Origin: an uncultured Eubacteriales bacterium
Lineage (GTDB): Bacteria > Bacillota > Clostridia > Oscillospirales > Acutalibacteraceae
Reading direction: 5' to 3'
DNA: 64,000 nt
Assembly: GCA_910577755.1 (NCBI GenBank)
Contig: CAJTNL010000010.1
Coordinates: 8,703 to 72,702 of the forward strand
In this document: positions 17,847 to 27,504 of the stretch, in pieces
Layout: each line of letters begins with the position of its first letter
Numbering within the stretch: position 1 is the stretch's first letter
Notes under the pieces: generated by a model
Told to the model about the DNA's origin: nothing
What the model saw: only the letters and a program-made list of their open reading frames with translations
The model's database searches: none
Position numbers and translations under genes: made by a program

Positions 17847-20222
17847 TTATTCTTTTCCAAAAAAGGTTTGAGCAAAATATACAGAGCGCATGGCGTCTTT
17901 GGCGTAAAAATCAGCATCTATCATATCGGCATATTCTTGTGTTAGTACAGCTCCGCCAACCATTATGGTAACACCAGGCGCTTTTTCTTTTAATAAGCGA
18001 ATAGTCTTTTCCATATTTACAACAGTGGTAGTCATTAAAGCGCTTAGTCCTACCAATTGCACGTTTTGTTTCAGTGCAGTTTCTAAAATTAAGTTAGGGT
18101 CTACATCTTTACCTAAATCAATTACGTCATAGCTATAGTTTTCTAGTAAAACCTTTACAATGTTTTTGCCGATATCGTGGATATCTCCTTTCACTGTAGC
18201 TAGTATAATTTTTTCACCCTTTTCTTGTGTTTGTCCTTTTTTTTCAAAATGAACCTTAATAACTTCGAACGCAGCTTTGGCTGCTTCGGCGCTCATTAGT
18301 AGCTGTGGCAAAAACAAAGTGCCCTGTTCAAATTCTTTCCCTACAACATCCAGAGCAGGAACCAACATTTGATTAATAATATCCAGCGGTTCTGTGGTTT
18401 GTATTAGCTTTTGTGTTGCTGCATGTGCGCTTTCCTTTAAGCCTTTGATAACAGCTTCATCCAGAGGAACATCAGCACCGGCAGCTACAGTTTCTACTGT
18501 TTGACCTGAATATACAGAGATATACTCCATACATTGTTTGTCAATACCGCTCAGTGCACAATAAGCATAATAGGCATTCATCATACTTTTGGAGCCGGGA
18601 TTGATAATAGCCGCGCTTAAACCGTTCTGCATAGCCATAGTAAAGAAAGCAGAGGTTATATTTTCACGTTGCGGTAAGCCAAATGAAATATTAGATACAC
18701 CCAAAGAGGTATAGGCCCCTAATTGATCGCGTATCAGTTCTAATGCTTTTAATGTAACGGAAGCAGCTTTTTGATCCGCGCTAATGGTCATAGCCAGTAC
18801 GTCGAAAATGAGATCTGTTTTTGGAATGCCATAGGTTTTAGCAACATCAATAATCTTTTTGGCGATTTCCAATCTTCCTTCAGCTGTCTCAGGAATTCCA
18901 TTTTCATCTAATGTTAAAGCGATAACAACACCGCCGTACTTTTTAACCAGCGGGAATATTTCGTGCATACAATGCTCTTTACCGTTTACCGAGTTAATCA
19001 GCGGTTTTCCGTTGTAAATGCGCATGGCTTTTTCCATGGCTACGGTATCTGAGGTATCAATTTGCAAGGGTAAATCAATCACGCTTTGAATTTCCATGAT
19101 AGCGTCTTGCATCAATTGTACTTCGTCGATTTCAGGTAAACCAACGTTAACGTCTAAAACATGGGCTCCGTTTTGTTGCTGTGTAATACCCTCTCGCAAA
19201 ATATAATCCATGTCGTGTTCCCGAAGTGCTTGCTTGAAGCGTGATTTACCAGTAGGATTGATACGCTCGCCGATAATAATCGGATGTTTACCAAATTGAA
19301 CGGCCTGAGTATAAGATGAAATTACGGTCAGATGTTTTTGTTCAATAGGTACTGGTATAATGCCATGGCAGACTTTTACTGTTTCTGCTAAGTGAGCGGG
19401 AGTTGTACCGCAGCAGCCGCCAATGATCCAAGCGCCCTCCATAACGATGTCCAGCATTTCTTTTGCAAACTCCTCTGGTTCCACATCGTAAATAGTCTGT
19501 CCGTTAACGTTTTTGGGTAGTCCCGCATTGGGATTTACCACAATGGGAATAGAACAACATGCGGTCAGTTCTTTCATAAAGGCTTTCATTTGAGTGGGTC
19601 CAAGACCGCAGTTGAAGCCAAGACCGTCGACGCCTAATCCCTCCAGTAATGCAACTGCTGCAGGAATATCGCCTCCTGTAAGCAACTTGGCCTTTTCATC
19701 AAAAGTCATGGTTACAAATACTGGAAGCGTTGTGTTTTCTTTTATCGCAAGTACGGCGGCCTTTACTTCGTGAGTATCGCTCATGGTTTCGATTAAAGCT
19801 ACATCAGCCCCTGCTTGCTGCCCGGTAACGGCCATTTCCTTAAAAGCTTCGTAGGCGTCTTTAAATGAAAGGTCACCAAGCGGGCGCAGCAACTTACCGG
19901 TAGGACCGATGTCTATGGCTATAAGACCATGACCGTTTTCGGTTACAGCTTGTTTTGCGATGGTGACGGCGCTTTCAATCAATTCTTTGGCAGTATAATG
20001 TTCACCATGCATTTTAATAGAATTGGCACCAAAGGTATTGGTTTTTATAATATCACACCCTGCGTTTAAATATGCTCGGTGGACGTTTAAAATAAAATCC
20101 CGGTTTTCAATGTTCCATACTTCAGGAGAACCCCCGGGTGGAAGTCCGTTTTGCTGTAAAATAGAACCCATACCGCCTTCAAAAAAAATGATACGTTTTC
20201 CCAGTTGGTCCAATATATTCAT
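17847..20222 (-). CDS. metH: Methionine synthase (homocysteine S-methyltransferase + pterin-binding + B12-binding domains; no activation domain)
   Basis: 791 aa with a GGCCGTTP Hcy-binding region, a pterin-binding barrel, and the DIHDIGKNIV cobalamin-binding DxHxxG motif. Confidence 0.9.
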   Translation of the reverse strand: MNILDQLGKRIIFFEGGMGSILQQNGLPPGGSPEVWNIENRDFILNVHRAYLNAGCDIIKTNTFGANSIKMHGEHYTAKELIESAVTIAKQAVTENGHGLIAIDIGPTGKLLRPLGDLSFKDAYEAFKEMAVTGQQAGADVALIETMSDTHEVKAAVLAIKENTTLPVFVTMTFDEKAKLLTGGDIPAAVALLEGLGVDGLGFNCGLGPTQMKAFMKELTACCSIPIVVNPNAGLPKNVNGQTIYDVEPEEFAKEMLDIVMEGAWIIGGCCGTTPAHLAETVKVCHGIIPVPIEQKHLTVISSYTQAVQFGKHPIIIGERINPTGKSRFKQALREHDMDYILREGITQQQNGAHVLDVNVGLPEIDEVQLMQDAIMEIQSVIDLPLQIDTSDTVAMEKAMRIYNGKPLINSVNGKEHCMHEIFPLVKKYGGVVIALTLDENGIPETAEGRLEIAKKIIDVAKTYGIPKTDLIFDVLAMTISADQKAASVTLKALELIRDQLGAYTSLGVSNISFGLPQRENITSAFFTMAMQNGLSAAIINPGSKSMMNAYYAYCALSGIDKQCMEYISVYSGQTVETVAAGADVPLDEAVIKGLKESAHAATQKLIQTTEPLDIINQMLVPALDVVGKEFEQGTLFLPQLLMSAEAAKAAFEVIKVHFEKKGQTQEKGEKIILATVKGDIHDIGKNIVKVLLENYSYDVIDLGKDVDPNLILETALKQNVQLVGLSALMTTTVVNMEKTIRLLKEKAPGVTIMVGGAVLTQEYADMIDADFYAKDAMRSVYFAQTFFGKE

Positions 20223-20224
20223 AA

Positions 20225-20872
20225 TTACTCTTCCTTTCTAAACGGACAATTTTTTGCCTGACAAGTCATACATCTGTTGATATGGCAGGTAGTGGCTTCC
20301 TCTGTCAATCCGATGACAGCTGTGACAGATTTGCTGGGCGCTAAAATAAGGCTGTCCATAACTGTTAGTCCAATACGTTTTTGACAGTCTAGAACGGCAA
20401 GCAATTCTTTTTGATAGGTTAGTGGGAAGTCACCATAGCCGGGACTGAAACGAGGACGCAAATAAAGATTCTGATTTTCAGCTTGTGCTTGAATCGCGTC
20501 TTGTTGTTCATCGCAGTAGGCTTCAATTACAGTTGCAGCACAGGATTGCAGAATTACAGCTTTGCTCATATCAAGTTTGTTATATTTTTGAATCAATAAG
20601 TCGGCTCGTGGACCTAGTGTTGCCGCAAAAATTGCTGCTTGCCGACAACCGTTGATATGCTGAGACAAATTTTTGCTTTTAATAGTAATGGTACCGATCG
20701 TAACAGTGTTGCTATCTCCGAATGTAACAGGAAAAATTTGATAAATACATTTTGGCGAAATGGTTCTGAGCAGTTCATTAAGACAATCTTCTATGGTGTT
20801 TGTTACTACTTCATCTGCCGCTTTGCCGCGATAGCCTAAATAGCGTAAAATTTCTTTGCGATTGATATTCAT
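20225..20872 (-). CDS. Methionine synthase activation (AdoMet-binding) domain protein, stand-alone
   Basis: About 215 aa, immediately upstream of metH (2-nt gap). RFSPGYGD-type motif. Start chosen at MNINRKEIL, behind AAGGAGA. Confidence 0.75.
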   Translation of the reverse strand: MNINRKEILRYLGYRGKAADEVVTNTIEDCLNELLRTISPKCIYQIFPVTFGDSNTVTIGTITIKSKNLSQHINGCRQAAIFAATLGPRADLLIQKYNKLDMSKAVILQSCAATVIEAYCDEQQDAIQAQAENQNLYLRPRFSPGYGDFPLTYQKELLAVLDCQKRIGLTVMDSLILAPSKSVTAVIGLTEEATTCHINRCMTCQAKNCPFRKEE

Positions 20873-21364
20873 ACAATTCATATTCTCCTTAAGAAAATAT
20901 AGTAGCACCCTGTGTATGTATCATTTCTGATAGATTGCAGGAAGTTGTTGCAGCTATATTTGGTTTTCTTCATAGTATACAAGTCAATGGTTTTGGTGCC
21001 TTTTAGGGTTAAATCAACGTTTTTATGATACGATATTGAAAATATTATATTAGGATAGAGAATCAAATAAAATTTAAATTCATATCCTGTTCAGATTTTT
21101 ATCGTGTGATAGAGAATTTCCTCAAATAATGAGCAAAATTTAATATAAGCCCAAAAATATGTCTTTGAAAGAAATATTTATATGCGCTCCTTTTTCTTCC
21201 TTTATGACAGCAACCCAAATGTTTATTTAAATAATGATTTAAAATATATTGTACAATATATTTTAAATTTCGTCCACTACTATATGATAAAGTTCCTGCT
21301 GTCAATGAATAGCGATGTACATGAGAAGATTAAAAATAACTGGGCATGAAAAAACGGTTTTCCC

Positions 21365-21393
21365 TTGACAAAATTATCGAAACAGCATATTAT
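21365..21393 (+). promoter_or_regulatory. Sigma-A-type promoter for the ilv leader
   Basis: TTGACA (21365-21370), a 17-nt spacer, then TATTAT (21388-21393). Confidence 0.5.
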
Positions 21394-21399
21394 TGATAC

Positions 21400-21666
21400 T
21401 ATATAATAAATGCGTTGACAGGGACATCATGCAGAAAAACTGTTTCAGAGAGTTGCCGGTGGGTGCAAGGCAGTACAGATTCTGTTTGGAATCACCCTTG
21501 AGCAGGCAGCTGAACCTTTTTGCAAGTAAGCGCAGCCCGGTTTCTTACCGTTACGAAAGCATGTATTGTTAGATACAGTGAGTGATTGTCTTACGACGAT
21601 AAAATGAGTGGTACCGCGGAGCATAAGTCTTCGTCTCTGTTTGTAATAGAGACGGAGACTTTTTTA
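21400..21666 (+). promoter_or_regulatory. T-box leader (tRNA-sensing riboswitch) with terminator/antiterminator, upstream of ilvB
   Basis: AGAGAG bulge plus distal loop (ttgccGGTGGGTGCAAggcag). T-box sequence AATGAGTGGTACCGCGG (21603-21619). Terminator agtcttcgtctct/agagacggagact plus TTTTT (21626-21665). Confidence 0.8.
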
Positions 21667-21731
21667 TACCTAAAATTTGTTTGTAGATTATGAAACGATA
21701 GATAGAATAAATAGATTGAAGGAGAATTACC

Positions 21732-23438
21732 ATGAAATTAACAGGTGCACAAATTATAATGGAATGTTTATTGGAGCAGCAGGTAGATACCGTATTCGGT
21801 TATCCTGGCGGCGCTGTTTTAAACATATATGATGCGCTTTATGAGTATAAAGATCGTATCCGTCATATATGTACTGCTCATGAACAGGGGGCTTCCCATG
21901 CGGCTGACGGCTATGCGCGTTCAAGCGGAAGAACCGGTGTTTGTATCGCAACATCTGGTCCTGGTGCTACTAATCTTGTAACCGGTATTGCTACAGCATA
22001 TATGGATTCAATTCCTATGGTAGCCATAACCGGTAATGTAAATTTAAATCTGTTGGGTTTAGATAGCTTTCAAGAGGTTGATATTACTGGTGTGACCATG
22101 CCTGTTACAAAACACAATTTTATTGTAAAAAAAATTGAATATTTGGCCGATACTATTCGACAGGCGTTTCGAATTGCGCAGGAAGGCAGAAAGGGTCCTG
22201 TATTGGTAGATGTGCCAAAGGATATTACAGCGCAAATGTATGAGTTTATACCAGCAACACAATCGCTAAATGAAGAGCAGCAGGCGGCTATGCAATTGCC
22301 TATCAGTAAAAAACCGGTACAACTGCAAGCTTCTAAACTTGAGTATGCGCTGGAGCTAATTGCAAACAGCAAACGTCCGTTTATTTATGCAGGAGGAGGC
22401 GTGCTTGCTGCAGAAGCTTCTGCTCAACTGAAAAAACTGGTCGAGAAAATAGATGCTCCCGTTGCCTGTTCTTTAATGTGTCAGGGTGGTTTTGATCAGG
22501 CAGACGACCGTTATATGGGTATGCTGGGTATGCACGGTACAAAAACGTCTGCACAGGCACTAAAAAATTGCGATTTGTTTTTAGCGGTTGGTACACGTTT
22601 TTCTGACCGCATTATTTGTAACGCCAAATCATTTGCACGGCATTGTCCTGTGATTCAAATTGACATTGATCCTGCTGAATTTAACAAGAATATTGATGTA
22701 ACTTTAAAGCTTTGCGGAGATGCAAACGAAATTTTATCTATTTTAAATGCACGTTTGCATCAAGATGACCATGCACAATGGCTTGCACAAATCAGACAGT
22801 GGAAGCAGGAATATCCGTTGGTGCAAAAATCTATAGACTCACAGGATATTACGCCTCAAATGCTCTTTCAGACGCTCAATGAGCTGACACAATCAGAAGC
22901 GATACTAACAACCGATGTGGGTCAACATCAAATGTGGGCGGCGCAATTTTATCAGTTCCGCCATCCTCGCCAGTTTATTACATCCGGCGGTTTAGGAACC
23001 ATGGGTTTTGGTCTTGGGGCTGCTATGGGCGCTAAGCTTGCCAATCCGGATAAAAAAGTTATCAATATCACGGGCGACGGCAGTTTTCATATGAATTGTA
23101 ATGAACTTTCTACTTTGGCAAAATATCAGATTCCTATTGTGGAGCTAGTATTGGATAACTCTGTGTTAGGTATGGTGCGGCAATGGCAGAAATTGTTCTA
23201 TGAATATCGTTTTTCTCATACCGATCAAGATAAGAAAACGGATTTTGTGAAATTGGGAGAAGCTTTTGGGGTTAAATCCTTTGATATCCGCAGCAAGGAC
23301 GATGTAATGCCGGTACTGAAACAGGCGTTTAGTTTGAATGAACCTGTTTTGGTGGCTTGCCATATAAACCGTGATTTTAACGTGTTGCCGATGGTGCCTG
23401 CCGGTGCGTCTGCTGAAGAGCCGATTCTTGAAATGTAA
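21732..23438 (+). CDS. ilvB: Acetolactate synthase, large (catalytic) subunit
   Basis: 568 aa. ThDP enzyme motifs (GYPGGAVL, GPGATNL, GDGSFHMN). Confidence 0.95.
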   Translation: MKLTGAQIIMECLLEQQVDTVFGYPGGAVLNIYDALYEYKDRIRHICTAHEQGASHAADGYARSSGRTGVCIATSGPGATNLVTGIATAYMDSIPMVAITGNVNLNLLGLDSFQEVDITGVTMPVTKHNFIVKKIEYLADTIRQAFRIAQEGRKGPVLVDVPKDITAQMYEFIPATQSLNEEQQAAMQLPISKKPVQLQASKLEYALELIANSKRPFIYAGGGVLAAEASAQLKKLVEKIDAPVACSLMCQGGFDQADDRYMGMLGMHGTKTSAQALKNCDLFLAVGTRFSDRIICNAKSFARHCPVIQIDIDPAEFNKNIDVTLKLCGDANEILSILNARLHQDDHAQWLAQIRQWKQEYPLVQKSIDSQDITPQMLFQTLNELTQSEAILTTDVGQHQMWAAQFYQFRHPRQFITSGGLGTMGFGLGAAMGAKLANPDKKVINITGDGSFHMNCNELSTLAKYQIPIVELVLDNSVLGMVRQWQKLFYEYRFSHTDQDKKTDFVKLGEAFGVKSFDIRSKDDVMPVLKQAFSLNEPVLVACHINRDFNVLPMVPAGASAEEPILEM

Positions 23439-23457
23439 ATAAAGTGAGGTTGCTGTT

Positions 23458-23949
23458 ATGAATCATCAGAATGAAGAAAAAGAATATATTTTATCGGTGC
23501 TGGCGCAAAATCATACCGGAGTACTGCTGCGTATTTCCGGTTTGTTTAGTCGGCGTTGTTATAATATTAAAAGCATTGTAGCTGCACAAACCGAAGACGT
23601 AAACAGATCGCAAATTTTAATTGTGGTGCAGGGAGACGACCGTATTGTACGACAGGTAGATAAACAATTGAATAAATTGATTGAGGTAGAGCAGGTAACG
23701 GTATTGAACGATCATGAGGCTGTAGTTAGAGAGCATTTATTACTCAAGGTCATGCGTAGTGACGAAACATCAAATCAATTGATGGCTATTGCGAATGTGT
23801 TCCATGCCAATGTTTTAAATGTTTCCGCCGATGATATGATTGTAGAACTGACGGGTACGCCGTCTACTCTCAATTCTTTTATTGAATGTTACAAACCGTA
23901 TCACATATTAAAAAGCTTACGTACAGGCACAATGGCAATGGAAAAATAA
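23458..23949 (+). CDS. ilvN: Acetolactate synthase, small (regulatory) subunit
   Basis: 163 aa with an ACT domain (ILSVLAQNHTGVLLRISGLFSRRCYNI). Follows ilvB. Confidence 0.9.
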   Translation: MNHQNEEKEYILSVLAQNHTGVLLRISGLFSRRCYNIKSIVAAQTEDVNRSQILIVVQGDDRIVRQVDKQLNKLIEVEQVTVLNDHEAVVREHLLLKVMRSDETSNQLMAIANVFHANVLNVSADDMIVELTGTPSTLNSFIECYKPYHILKSLRTGTMAMEK

Positions 23950-23992
23950 TAACTTTTAAGTTACTTGAATATTGCAAAGGAAGAATTATAAT

Positions 23993-25210
23993 ATGCTTAC
24001 ATTAGATAAAATCTATCATGCGTCTTATGCGCTGCGAGATGTAGTGCGTAAAACAAATTTGACACTTGCACCTCATATTAATCAAGAAAGTGAAGTGTAT
24101 TTAAAAACTGAAAATTTGCAAATAACCGGTTCTTTTAAAGTACGGGGCGCCTATTATAAAATTTCGCAGCTTTCAGAAGAAGAAAAGGCAAAGGGGGTAA
24201 TTGCTTGTTCTGCAGGGAATCATGCGCAAGGCGTTGCCCTGGCTGCCGCCAAAAACAAGATTGCATCTCTCATTTGTATTCCAAATAATGCGCCAATTTC
24301 AAAAGTTGAAGCAACCAAGCGTTACAATGCAGAGATTGAGCTGGTCAATGGTGTATATGATGATGCTTTTCAAAGAGCTTGCGAAATTCAAAGAGAGAGC
24401 GGTAGAACCTTTATTCATCCATTTGATGATGTAGATGTGATTGCCGGTCAAGGCAGTATTGGGCTAGAGTTGCTCGATCAATTACCGGAATTGGATGCAG
24501 TTATTGTACCAGTAGGAGGCGGAGGTTTGATTAGCGGTATTGCGTTTGCTATTAAATCCTTGCGTCCCCAATGTAAAGTATATGGTGTACAAGCGGTAGG
24601 AGCGCCCTCCATGTATAATTCGGTTAAGCATCATCATGTAGAAGCCTTGGATTATGTTTCAACTATTGCAGACGGTATTGCTGTTAAACAGCCTGGAAAT
24701 CTTACATACGATTTATGTGAAAAATATGTGGATAAAATTGTAACAGTAACGGACGACGAAATTTCCACCGCAATTTTAATGCTGATTGAACAGCAAAAGC
24801 TGATTGCAGAAGGTGCGGGGGCCGTTGCGGTTGCCGCCGCTTTATTTAATAAAGTAGATATTAAAGGGAAGAAGACAGCGTGTATTGTTTCCGGCGGCAA
24901 TATAGACGTGACTATTCTATCTCGTGTCATTTCTCGCGGTTTGCTGAAAACGGGTCGCTCTGCCGACATTACGCTTGAACTGGTAGACAAACCAGGTGAG
25001 TTAAGGGATGTTTCACGGATTATAGCGCAATTAGGCGGTAATGTAGTAGCGGTACATCATGATCGCAGTGGTGAAAATACAAATGTAAATGGGTGTTATT
25101 TACACTTGGTGATGGAAACAAAGAACCATGCGCATATTTTAGAAATTGAGAAGGCTTTAATGGATCAAGGTTATAAAATTGTAGGAAGAGAGAGGACATG
25201 TGTATGTTAA
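23993..25210 (+). CDS. ilvA: Threonine ammonia-lyase (threonine dehydratase)
   Basis: PLP lysine motif TGSFKVRGA, and a GGGGL loop. ATG 23993 follows AAGGAAG; the ORF track starts at 23972. Confidence 0.9.
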   Translation: MLTLDKIYHASYALRDVVRKTNLTLAPHINQESEVYLKTENLQITGSFKVRGAYYKISQLSEEEKAKGVIACSAGNHAQGVALAAAKNKIASLICIPNNAPISKVEATKRYNAEIELVNGVYDDAFQRACEIQRESGRTFIHPFDDVDVIAGQGSIGLELLDQLPELDAVIVPVGGGGLISGIAFAIKSLRPQCKVYGVQAVGAPSMYNSVKHHHVEALDYVSTIADGIAVKQPGNLTYDLCEKYVDKIVTVTDDEISTAILMLIEQQKLIAEGAGAVAVAAALFNKVDIKGKKTACIVSGGNIDVTILSRVISRGLLKTGRSADITLELVDKPGELRDVSRIIAQLGGNVVAVHHDRSGENTNVNGCYLHLVMETKNHAHILEIEKALMDQGYKIVGRERTCVC

Positions 25211-25596
25211 AAAAAGTAAATACAGAAAAGGCCCCTGCAGCAATCGGACCATATTCTCAAGCGGTGATTACAGGTAATTTGTTATATACCAGCGGTCAGA
25301 TTCCATTAGATCCGGCAACCGGTGAAATAATACAGGGTGATATTACAGCGCAGGCAGAACAGGTGATGAAAAACCTTGGTGCCGTTCTGGAGGCAGCAGG
25401 TACAACTTATGCCCATGTTATAAAAACTACATGCTTTTTAGCAGATATGAATGATTTTACAGCTTTTAATAAAGTGTACGAACAGTATTTTACTGAAAAA
25501 CCGGCGCGTTCCTGTGTCGCTGTGAAGCAATTGCCGAAAAATGCGTTGGTAGAAGTTGAATTGATTGCTGCTGTACAAGTAGTTGAAAATTCATAG
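25204..25596 (+). CDS. ridA: RidA family reactive enamine/imine deaminase
   Basis: APAAIGPYSQA, and the C-terminal ARSCVAV..LPK..VEVE pattern. Classic pairing with ilvA. Confidence 0.9.
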   Translation: MLKKVNTEKAPAAIGPYSQAVITGNLLYTSGQIPLDPATGEIIQGDITAQAEQVMKNLGAVLEAAGTTYAHVIKTTCFLADMNDFTAFNKVYEQYFTEKPARSCVAVKQLPKNALVEVELIAAVQVVENS

Positions 25597-25764
25597 AGTG
25601 CATAATGTATCAACTCTTTATATGTCAGAATATAGGTAAATATATTATGATTCAGAATGAGGAGTCTTGACTTATTGATTTGATGTAGCTTGTATGTAGT
25701 CACGTGTATTTTATTGGCACAGTTGTATAAAAAATAACAAAGTTTGTCTAAATTTTATCTATTA

Positions 25765-25792
25765 TTGACAACGGGGATGGTTATGCTATACT
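25765..25792 (+). promoter_or_regulatory. Promoter for the alcohol dehydrogenase gene
   Basis: TTGACA (25765-25770), a 16-nt spacer ending in TGC, then TATACT (25787-25792). Confidence 0.45.
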
Positions 25793-25858
25793 GAATATAC
25801 AGAAACATTATGCAAATACTGTACTGAATAAGTCAAGCAGAATCAGGAGGAATTGATT

Positions 25859-27007
25859 ATGTCAGAGAGATTTTTTATGCCATCAATGAGTTTAATGGGA
25901 GCGGGCTGCATTGAAGAAGTTCCTAGTGAAATAAAAGAGTTGGGATTAAAAAAAGGTTTGATTGTTACAGATAAATTTTTAAATCAAAGCGGTCTGGTAA
26001 AAAATTTAACTAGTCTTTTGGAGAAAGAGAATATTGAATATGCGATTTACGATGAAGTGCAACCAAACCCGACGGTGACAAATGTAAACAGAGGTTTGGC
26101 AATGCTTAAAAAAGAAAGCTGTGATTTTATTGTTTCTTTTGGCGGCGGTTCTTCTCATGATTGTTGTAAAGGTATTGCGTTGCTTGCAACCAATGGGGGA
26201 GAAATTGGTGATTATGAAGGTGTCAATCGCTCTAAAAAGCCACAATTACCAATGATTGCAATTAACACCACAGCAGGTACAGCCAGTGAAATGACAATCT
26301 TTTGTATTATTACCGATGAAGAACGTCATGTTAAAATGGCGTTAGTAGATAAAAATATGACGCCTCTTATTGCAGTGAATGATGCAAACCTGATGCTGGA
26401 TATGCCAAAAAGTTTGACAGCTGCAACTGGTATGGATGCTTTGACCCATGCGATAGAAGCTTATGTATCTACTGCTGCGACACCTGTAACAGACGCCTGT
26501 GCACAAAAGGCAATTGAGCTCATTGTAAAATATTTGAGAACTGCTGTAGATGACGGCAAAAATGTGGAAGCAAGAGAGAATATGGCTTATGCTGAATATT
26601 TAGCGGGTATGGCATTTAATAATGCTTCTTTGGGTTATGTGCATGCAATGGCACACCAATTGGGTGGTATGTTTGATTTACCTCATGGTGTTTGTAATGC
26701 AATTTTACTTCCACATGTACAAGCATATAATGCACAGGTAGCGGCAAAGAGATTAAAAGAAATTGCAAAATATATGGGCGCAGATGTTTCAGGTTTAAGT
26801 GATCAAGACGGTGCGCAAAAAGCGATTGATTTAATTAAGGAACTTTCTAAGGATGTAGGTATTCCATCGGGTCTAAAAGAACTGAACGTTTCTCCAGATT
26901 CTTTTGATGAACTGACAAAAAATGCGTTAAAAGACGCTTGTGGCGCAACAAATCCAAAGCAGGCCACACATGAAGAAATTGTGGCTATTTTCCAAGCTGC
27001 TCTATAA
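25859..27007 (+). CDS. Iron-containing (group III) alcohol dehydrogenase
   Basis: About 382 aa with GGGSSHD and histidine-rich metal-site motifs ([11 protein letters not shown]). ATG 25859 follows AGGAGGA. Confidence 0.85.
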   Translation: MSERFFMPSMSLMGAGCIEEVPSEIKELGLKKGLIVTDKFLNQSGLVKNLTSLLEKENIEYAIYDEVQPNPTVTNVNRGLAMLKKESCDFIVSFGGGSSHDCCKGIALLATNGGEIGDYEGVNRSKKPQLPMIAINTTAGTASEMTIFCIITDEERHVKMALVDKNMTPLIAVNDANLMLDMPKSLTAATGMDALTHAIEAYVSTAATPVTDACAQKAIELIVKYLRTAVDDGKNVEARENMAYAEYLAGMAFNNASLGYVHAMAHQLGGMFDLPHGVCNAILLPHVQAYNAQVAAKRLKEIAKYMGADVSGLSDQDGAQKAIDLIKELSKDVGIPSGLKELNVSPDSFDELTKNALKDACGATNPKQATHEEIVAIFQAAL

Positions 27008-27018
27008 TTTCTATATTA

Positions 27019-27053
27019 AAAAACCGTTTGTTTTAATGACAAGCGGTTTTTTT
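27019..27053 (+). terminator. Terminator after the ADH gene
   Basis: aaaaaccgtttg...caagcggtttttttt, an imperfect stem followed by a T-run. Confidence 0.5.
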
Positions 27054-27440
27054 TAATTAACTGATTCAATTTTAAATCATGAAAACAAATAAATTTAATA
27101 ATATCATTATTTTGAGAAAAATCATGTTAAACAATAGTTAGTGTAAAGGACAAAGGAAATCGCAATTCGCAATTGATTGCAGTACTAATTTTAGTATTTT
27201 TTATATGGTTATGTTTTACAGATGCATTTCATATGTTTGTTGGTCATTATTTTTGTTAACGACTTTAGTGATGTCTCCAGATGTATCCCCTAGTGTATCA
27301 GATGCTTTTTCTAAATATATGTTTGGAGACGATGTGATGTATCATAATAAACTTTTGTATTGCAAACTTAGGGTTACGTATTGATTTAGGATTATGTGCC
27401 TGTTTTATATAAAAATTTTTATTTATGCGAATTGTAATGG

Positions 27441-27492
27441 TTGACAAAAAGACAAAAATAGTATATATTATATATACACCCCACCCGGGGTA
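27441..27492 (+). promoter_or_regulatory. copA promoter with candidate CsoR operator
   Basis: TTGACA (27441-27446), a 17-nt spacer, then TATATT (27464-27469). This is followed by the G/C-tract pseudo-palindrome TACACCCCACCCGGGGTA (27475-27492), which resembles CsoR operators (TACCC...GGGGTA). Confidence 0.5.
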
Positions 27493-27504
27493 GGAGGTGA
27501 TATT

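Noticed and set aside
20873-21360. Expected a SAM (S-box) riboswitch upstream of the methionine synthase genes.
   Set aside because: Reading the minus strand, I found none of the conserved S-box strings and no T-box sequence, so no riboswitch feature is called. This needs a covariance-model scan to be sure.
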